Shown here: in pieces, positions 57,971 to 64,000 of the stretch | How the letters are laid out: every line of letters begins with the position of its first letter | Position numbering within the stretch: position 1 is the stretch's first letter | Assembly: GCA_030835085.1 (NCBI GenBank) | Contig: JAUQWQ010000011.1 | Span: 2,312-66,311, forward strand | Origin: Ignavibacteria bacterium | GTDB lineage: Bacteria; Bacteroidota; Ignavibacteria; Tepidaquicellales; OLB5 | Length of the DNA: 64,000 bases | Reading direction: 5' to 3' | The notes under the pieces: model-generated | Seen by the model: the letters and a program-made list of their open reading frames with translations, nothing else | Databases searched by the model: none | What the model was told of the DNA's origin: nothing | Position numbers and translations under genes: made by a program

Positions 57971-59278
57971 ATGAAAAAATCTATTCTTCTGAGTTTAATT
58001 TTATTTTTATATGCTGATATTTTATACACACAAAGTATTTTCAATACCTATAAATCCCCGGTATTATCCGAAGGAAAACGGCTTATAATTTCCGGAAATC
58101 CATTATTCAGATATAACGCAGCTGATAGTAAAAACAGTTCATTTACTTTTAACATAGATGGGTATTTCAATTACTGGAAATTTACTCCGCAACAACTAAT
58201 TGGAGGTTACAGTGACCTATTTATCAATACCTCAGAAATAAAAGTTAATGATACTTCAGTAACAAATTCATCTTATGGAGGGAGTATTTATGGAGGAATG
58301 TCTTATTACTTTATGCCTGGTAAATTTTACGGTTCAGGTTCTGTAGGAGCGGATTATTACAAAGAAAAATCAGGTAATGTAAATAATGATGCTGAATTTC
58401 CTGCTTACGCCTGGGTTGCCGCCGGTTATGGAAGTATTTTTAATCTTCACAGAGTCATTATAGCAGAAGACATGCAAAAATACCTGCTTAGATCAGGGAT
58501 AACGGATAAAAAACTATCACCTGAAGGAATGCTGAAATTAGCCAACCTGCTGGATCTTAGAATTAACGGAGAATTTAACGCTAAGTATAAAGATAACGAT
58601 GAAATTGAATTTTTCTCCAGACTTGAAACCCTGCTTAAAAATGAAGGTGTTATTAAAAGTACTCTTAATGCAGCTTCAACACTGAAATTGTATCAAATGC
58701 TGACAAACTCATCATATATATATTACCCCAAGTACACCGGTTACCAGCTTCAGGCAGAGCTTCAATACCAGCTTTCATCAGGGAAAAAAAATGTTAAATC
58801 AAGTGAGCATTACCTGACATTCAGCGGGGTTTACGGTAAATCATTAAGCTTTTCCACACAGCTAATTGGTTCAGCATTTCTGGCATTTTCATTAAACGAT
58901 TCTGCAACAGGTTACGGCCCTGGATTTTATCATTACCTGAATTTTATTCCCGGCAGAACAAGACTTGATTTCTATACACAAAGGTTCGGAACAGGTTTAT
59001 ATGGAGGTCATTATACTCCTGCAAATAATATTTCATTTGGATTAAGAGGAGATGTTTTCCATTCATTTAGCAGTCTTGCCGGTTTAAGGGCATATGCTGA
59101 ATATATCTCATTAAAACCCAGTGAAGATGATGCAAGTAATAAATTTGAACTTGGTGCAAGGGCAGATTATAATATTATTGCAAAACTAATACTTTATGGG
59201 CAAACAAGATTTTCAAAAATAACTAAATATGATGCAGGTTATAATATAGAATTCGGTTTTACATATTATGTATTTTAA
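57971..59278 (+). CDS. Hypothetical outer-membrane beta-barrel protein
   Basis: Signal peptide. Y/G/S-rich alternating strands. C-terminal FGFTYYVF (terminal Phe) is typical of OMPs. A helical insert lies at about aa 165-245. Confidence 0.5.
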   Translation: MKKSILLSLILFLYADILYTQSIFNTYKSPVLSEGKRLIISGNPLFRYNAADSKNSSFTFNIDGYFNYWKFTPQQLIGGYSDLFINTSEIKVNDTSVTNSSYGGSIYGGMSYYFMPGKFYGSGSVGADYYKEKSGNVNNDAEFPAYAWVAAGYGSIFNLHRVIIAEDMQKYLLRSGITDKKLSPEGMLKLANLLDLRINGEFNAKYKDNDEIEFFSRLETLLKNEGVIKSTLNAASTLKLYQMLTNSSYIYYPKYTGYQLQAELQYQLSSGKKNVKSSEHYLTFSGVYGKSLSFSTQLIGSAFLAFSLNDSATGYGPGFYHYLNFIPGRTRLDFYTQRFGTGLYGGHYTPANNISFGLRGDVFHSFSSLAGLRAYAEYISLKPSEDDASNKFELGARADYNIIAKLILYGQTRFSKITKYDAGYNIEFGFTYYVF

Positions 59279-59293
59279 AAATTTATTTTAAAC

Positions 59294-59321
59294 AAAAAAG
59301 GGGCTTAAATAGCCCCTTTTT
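59294..59321. terminator. Bidirectional terminator between convergent genes
   Basis: Stem ggggct/agcccc with loop taaat, flanked by A6 and T5 runs. Confidence 0.7.
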
Positions 59322-59345
59322 GTTTACACTGCAATAAAATTAAAC

Positions 59346-61049
59346 TTATTTTATCAGAAGCAGTTTCCGGGTTTCAGCATAGCGTTTGGAACCGGCAGTT
59401 GTAATGCTGATAGTTTCCAGCTTGTAAAAATACACTCCGCTTGGAAGGCTTGTTGCATCCCATTGTACAGTATATCTTCCTGCATTTTTGAATCCATCAG
59501 TAATTGAATATACTTCAATTCCAAGGTTACTGAATACCTTAAGGGTAACATAACTATCATATGCCAGATCAAAACTGATATTAGTAACAGGATTAAACGG
59601 ATTCGGGAAATTCTGATATAAAAAAGATTCCGAAGGTACCCGAACTTCACCCGGGGGCAGAGTTACAAGTTCGTTAGCAGTGTATTTTATAGATAGGTAA
59701 TCTTCGGAACCCAATAATGAACCATTTCTGCTGGAACCTGTTATATAAATATTGTCTGAATTATCAACTACTATCGCATAAACACGATCTTCGTTGCTGC
59801 CAGTACCGTCATATCTTGTAACCCATGACTGGCTGCCAGAAACTGTATATTTCAATGTGGTATAATCTTCAGAACCGGCTGAACCTGTTGAGCGGCTGGA
59901 GCCTGTTACATAAATATTATCAGAATTATCAACTATTATTGCATACGCACGGTCCTGGTTACTGCCTGTGCCGTTATACCGCGATACCCATTGCTGTGTA
60001 CCGGTATTATTATACTTAACTGTCGCATAATCTTCTGAAGCAGCTGTTACTCCCGAGCGGCTGTAGCCGGTGACAATAATATTGTCTGAATTATCCACCA
60101 CTATTGCATAAGCACGGTCTTCATTGTTTCCTGGTCCGTTGTATCTCTGAACCCATTGCTGGCTTCCTGAAGAATTATACTTTATTGTACTGTAATCATA
60201 GTTTGATCCTGAGCCAATACTTTCACCGGTAACAATTATATTATCCGAATTATCAACTACAATTGCGTATGCCCTGTCTTCATTATTTCCCGGTCCGTTG
60301 TATCTTTGAACCCATTGCTGCGTTCCGGATGAATTATACTTTACAGTAGCAAAATCAACATTTGAACCGCTGCCAATACTGCCCCCGGTAACAATTATAT
60401 TATTCAGAGCATCTGCTGTTATACCTGTAGGTTTATCTTCATTATTACCTGTCCCGTTATACCTGCCAGCCCAAAGCTGGTTTCCGTTTTGATCATATTT
60501 TACTGTAGCGTAATCGTATGGCGTCAATATTAGCAAAAAATTCTGGCTTGCTCCCGTAATCACCGGGTTATTCTGGCCATCAATTACAATTCCCGATGCC
60601 TTATCATCACCCAATAAATTTCCATATGTTCTTGCCCAAACCTGCTGGCCATCAGATACCCTGTATTTTATCAACAAATAATCAGCGGGGGTTAAATTCA
60701 GCAATCCGTTTGTATACCCTGTTACATATACATACTGCTGAGTGTTATCAAGTGCGATGGCAGTACCTTCATCATCGAGCAGCTGGTTATACTCTGATTT
60801 CCATCGCTGGTTTCCGTTTGGGTCATAGCTTATTGTTACAACTCCCCTCAAAAGACCCAATAATGTATAGCTATATCCCGTTACATATGAATTTCCTGCA
60901 TTATCAACAGTAATATCAACAGCAACATCAGAGCTATCAAGTAAACTATTGTACCTGGCTATCCAGTCTATTACCGGCTGAGAAAATAATTCTGACCGGA
61001 CGAATATAAATGAGACAGCAATAAATATTATGTATATAAACTTTTTCAA
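59346..61049 (-). CDS. T9SS-secreted SBBP-type beta-propeller repeat protein with highly regular 53-55 aa tandem units
   Basis: Signal peptide. At least 5 units of (D/E)Y(A/S)T(V/I)KYNxxGxQQWVxRYNGxGxNxDRAYAIVVDNSDNI(I/Y)VTG. C-terminal NFPNPFNPVTNISF...GVYFYKL...RKLLLIK CTD. Confidence 0.8.
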   Translation of the reverse strand: MKKFIYIIFIAVSFIFVRSELFSQPVIDWIARYNSLLDSSDVAVDITVDNAGNSYVTGYSYTLLGLLRGVVTISYDPNGNQRWKSEYNQLLDDEGTAIALDNTQQYVYVTGYTNGLLNLTPADYLLIKYRVSDGQQVWARTYGNLLGDDKASGIVIDGQNNPVITGASQNFLLILTPYDYATVKYDQNGNQLWAGRYNGTGNNEDKPTGITADALNNIIVTGGSIGSGSNVDFATVKYNSSGTQQWVQRYNGPGNNEDRAYAIVVDNSDNIIVTGESIGSGSNYDYSTIKYNSSGSQQWVQRYNGPGNNEDRAYAIVVDNSDNIIVTGYSRSGVTAASEDYATVKYNNTGTQQWVSRYNGTGSNQDRAYAIIVDNSDNIYVTGSSRSTGSAGSEDYTTLKYTVSGSQSWVTRYDGTGSNEDRVYAIVVDNSDNIYITGSSRNGSLLGSEDYLSIKYTANELVTLPPGEVRVPSESFLYQNFPNPFNPVTNISFDLAYDSYVTLKVFSNLGIEVYSITDGFKNAGRYTVQWDATSLPSGVYFYKLETISITTAGSKRYAETRKLLLIK

Positions 61050-61162
61050 TTTTTTCCCTTATACCGTATGAATACTAAAATATACAAATTTAATTTTTTA
61101 AACATTTCAGTTATTCCTTTTAATATGGTTTATTTTTATTTAAATTCAAATAATGAATTACA

Positions 61163-61498
61163 TTAGTTTTTAAGAAGCAGTATCTTTTTTGAATCAACAA
61201 ATTCATCAGCATAAATCTTGTAATAATATATACCTGCATCAAGATTTGAAGCATTCCACTTAATTTCGTAGCTTCCTGCTTTCAGTTCGTTGTTCAATAA
61301 AGTTCTCACATCTCTGCCGAAAACATCGTAAATGACTATTCTTACATTTGTTTCGCGCGGGATCTCAAAGGCTATTCTTGTCACTTTATAAAAAGATTGC
61401 GGAAAATTCTGATACAATCTGTAATTTTCAGGTAATTCAAGGTTTTTCAGGTAGTTTTTATGAACGATATCTTTGGCTGCTGTTGCTGTATTATACAT
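61163..61498 (-). pseudogene. Orphan, degenerate T9SS C-terminal sorting domain with no cargo or signal peptide (possible gene remnant)
   Basis: 111 aa. About 25 aa of non-hydrophobic N-terminus, then YQNFPQSFYKVTRIAFEIP...AGIYYYKI...KKILLLKN. The NPFNP core has degenerated to QSFYK. Confidence 0.45.
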
Positions 61499-61655
61499 GG
61501 TTATTTAAAAATTTGATTTTTTAATTAATACAAATATATTTTTAATCCTTACCATAAACCTTATCGGTTCTTATACCGTAATTTAAGGATATCAGGTATT
61601 CCTAAAGGCAATAATATTAACTAAATTAATCAAATTCAGAGAAAAACACCAAAAA

Positions 61656-64000
61656 TTGAATAATTTTCAACAAAACAAAATTCAACCATACAAATTTTCG
61701 GGTAAAATTGTTAACAGGACATTACTGGTTGAAAAGCTTAGTAAAAATAAAGAAAAAAGCCTGTTGCTGATATGTGCTCCCGCCGGATATGGAAAGAGCT
61801 CATTAGCGCTTGAATTTCTCAATTTTAACAGTGTAAAATTTTCCTGGCTGAATATCCACCCCGAAATGAGTAATTTTTATATATTTATAAATTACCTTGT
61901 TCTTTCATTAAAAAAAGTTGAAAAATCATTCGGGAAATCTACCCAGCTTATGATTGATGATTACCGTGAAAAGTTCAAATTTGACACTCATCAGGAAATT
62001 ATCATCAATGATATTACTGCAGTTTTTCAAAACGACCTGATTCAAAGCTTTGAGGATGAAATATTTATTGTACTGGATGACCTTGGAAAGATTTCAGATA
62101 CTGTTTGGATGAAACCGGCATTTGAAAAACTATTTGAAAATCTTCCGGCAAATATTCATTTTGTTATAACTTCACGCAGTATCCCTGATATAAATACAGG
62201 ATTACTGAAGGCTAAAAGAAATATGCTGAAGATCGGTATGCAGGAACTGGCATTCACTGCTGAAGAAACCGGTATTCTTGTTAACGATCTTTATGGTATG
62301 AACATTTCCGGAAATGAAATTATGTCCTTATCATCAAACCTGAACGGGTGGATAACAGGCATACACCTTATTTTACAAAGTTACGGAAGTTCATTCCCCG
62401 GAATTAAGTTTGATAAGATAAAAGTACTTGATGATGTTTTTAATTATTTTACTGAAGATATTTTCAGTACACTTAAATCAGAAACCCAGGATTTCCTGCT
62501 GTTTACATCCCTTTTGGATACGTTTACTCCCCAGTTATGTAATAAGCTTCTAAATATTACAAGAAGTTCAGAATTAATAGGTGAACTTCTCCAGCAGAAT
62601 ATATTCATTCAGACTAATCTGCCTGTAATGAATGATCTTTCTCTTTCATACAGTTACCAGGAGTTATTCAATAAATTCCTTAAAGAAAAATTAAAACAAT
62701 TACGCAGCAGAAAAGAAATTAACGATTTCCTAAAAAAAGTGTCAGATCATTTTGCTGAAAACGGACAATATATTGAAGCAGTAAATTATTCTATTCTTGC
62801 TGGTGAAATTGCAAAAGCTTCAGAGATGATCAAGGATAATTTCCACCAAATCTTCGAAAAAGGTCATTTTGATGTTCTGTGGAAGTGGCTTGATGACCTG
62901 GGCAGCGAATTTGTAGATAAAGAATATAAACTGCTTTATTTAAGGGCATTATTGCTTAAATTCTTCATTGGGAATATTGAAGAATCGCTTCCTGAGCTTG
63001 ATAAAGCCATCAAATTACTTAAAGTTTCTGATGATAATGAGTTCCTGGTAAAATGCTGCATTTCCAAATCAAGGAACCTGATCAGTTTAGGCAGAGTCAA
63101 TGAAGCCATTAAGTTATTAAAAGATGCAGAAGATATAAATGTTGAACCTTTAAGCAAAGCAAAATTACTTTTTCTCAGCGCTTATGCATACTACCAGAAT
63201 TCAGATTATGACAGGTCACTTGAACTGCTAAATTCAGCCGCTGAGATAATTAATTCAGAAGAATATCCTGCACAGAGTACTGCTGATGTAAAACAGGAGC
63301 TTTTTAACCTTTTTGGCCATATATTCCTTATCAGGGGCGATTATTCTAAATCAATATCATACTATGAAAGAGCAATAAAAAATACCGAAAAGATCTTTGG
63401 CAGGTATGAAACTATCTGCAACTTAGTACTATTATATTCCCAATCCGGTAAGTTTGAAAAGGCATCTGAATATCTTGAAGAGTCAAAGTCAATATCAGAA
63501 AATATTTCAATACCAATATTCAGAATAACGTATTTACTTGCCGGTCAGGCATTTAAATATGAATTTGGTGATTATGAAGAAAGCATAAGGCTTCTTGAAG
63601 AAATGAACAGGATCGCATCAGAAGTGAATCATAAGTATTACATATTCCTCAGTTATTCACTAATTGGCGATAGCTATTATTCTCTGAATAAAATGAGTAA
63701 GGCTGAAGAATATTATGATCTTGCATTCAGATATTTAAACGAAAATAATGAACTCGAGAGAATTCAATTTTCAGTTTGTAAAGCACTTTTACTGATAAAA
63801 ACCGGGGAGAACCCGGAAATTGAAGCCGTCCTTCTGAATGCATATCAGTTCTATGATGTAAGAAAAATAACTTACAGTAAAATTCAGATATCATTTCATC
63901 TGGCTGATTTCTACTTAAAATCAGGGAATTATGTGAAGACGATGCAGTACCTTAAAGAAGTACTGATGACCTCTGAGGAAAAGGAATATAATTCATTTAT
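61656..64000 (+). CDS. MalT-like STAND ATPase with TPR-like helical repeats (5' complete, 3' truncated by the window end)
   Basis: Not in the ORF track. The frame is open from 61587 to the window end, checked codon by codon at both ends and mid-ORF. The N-terminus (KIVNRTLLVEKLSKNKEKSLLLICAPAGYGKSSLA) is collinear with MalT (RERLL..L....LALITSPAGYGKTTL). Walker B is IFIVLDDL. There is no in-frame ATG, so TTG 61656 is the proposed start. Confidence 0.75.
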   Translation, partial: MNNFQQNKIQPYKFSGKIVNRTLLVEKLSKNKEKSLLLICAPAGYGKSSLALEFLNFNSVKFSWLNIHPEMSNFYIFINYLVLSLKKVEKSFGKSTQLMIDDYREKFKFDTHQEIIINDITAVFQNDLIQSFEDEIFIVLDDLGKISDTVWMKPAFEKLFENLPANIHFVITSRSIPDINTGLLKAKRNMLKIGMQELAFTAEETGILVNDLYGMNISGNEIMSLSSNLNGWITGIHLILQSYGSSFPGIKFDKIKVLDDVFNYFTEDIFSTLKSETQDFLLFTSLLDTFTPQLCNKLLNITRSSELIGELLQQNIFIQTNLPVMNDLSLSYSYQELFNKFLKEKLKQLRSRKEINDFLKKVSDHFAENGQYIEAVNYSILAGEIAKASEMIKDNFHQIFEKGHFDVLWKWLDDLGSEFVDKEYKLLYLRALLLKFFIGNIEESLPELDKAIKLLKVSDDNEFLVKCCISKSRNLISLGRVNEAIKLLKDAEDINVEPLSKAKLLFLSAYAYYQNSDYDRSLELLNSAAEIINSEEYPAQSTADVKQELFNLFGHIFLIRGDYSKSISYYERAIKNTEKIFGRYETICNLVLLYSQSGKFEKASEYLEESKSISENISIPIFRITYLLAGQAFKYEFGDYEESIRLLEEMNRIASEVNHKYYIFLSYSLIGDSYYSLNKMSKAEEYYDLAFRYLNENNELERIQFSVCKALLLIKTGENPEIEAVLLNAYQFYDVRKITYSKIQISFHLADFYLKSGNYVKTMQYLKEVLMTSEEKEYNSF

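Noticed and set aside
1-64000. Search for CRISPR arrays, transposases, integrases, reverse transcriptases, toxin-antitoxin pairs, restriction-modification genes and rRNA.
   Set aside because: No spacer-repeat array, no DDE/tyrosine/serine recombinase motifs, no RT motifs, no obvious small paired TA genes and no rRNA-like sequence were seen on either strand.

Overview
AT-rich chromosomal segment from an FCB-group bacterium, probably Ignavibacteria/Bacteroidota-like. Supporting evidence: five proteins carry Por/T9SS C-terminal sorting domains, TAnnTTTG-type -7 boxes are present, and ferredoxin-dependent anaerobic metabolism is prominent. Most of the window is housekeeping: asnA, uvrA, rpsF-ssb-rplI, gcvP, rnc-fabF-acpP, tsaC/sua5, peroxiredoxin and one tRNA-Gln(CTG). 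It also holds three different 2-oxoacid:ferredoxin oxidoreductase systems (two-subunit KorAB-type, monomeric PFOR/NifJ, four-subunit delta-alpha-beta-gamma) and an ADP-forming acetyl-CoA synthetase. Accessory-looking parts are: (i) 13.0-19.6 kb, two consecutive divergent pairs of a large all-helical cytoplasmic protein and a T9SS-secreted beta-propeller protein; (ii) 59.3-64.0 kb, a third such pair whose partner is a MalT-like STAND ATPase/TPR ORF. That ORF is missing from the ORF track because it runs off the window end. (iii) a membrane-anchored P-loop/TPR protein at 4.7-6.9 kb; (iv) a lipoprotein/OM barrel/HMA metallochaperone cluster at 53.6-55.7 kb. Non-coding observations: a shared CRP/FNR-like palindrome (TGA-N6-TCA core) upstream of five transcription units, including PFOR and the four-subunit OFOR; a GC-rich perfect palindrome inserted in frame in uvrA; a truncated tRNA-Gln 5' copy carrying a double-hairpin insertion, which appears to form the leader of the real tRNA-Gln; duplicated terminator hairpins; and several short tandem repeats. 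No CRISPR array, transposase, integrase or rRNA was seen. All family calls rest on motif recognition by eye, and no database search was run.
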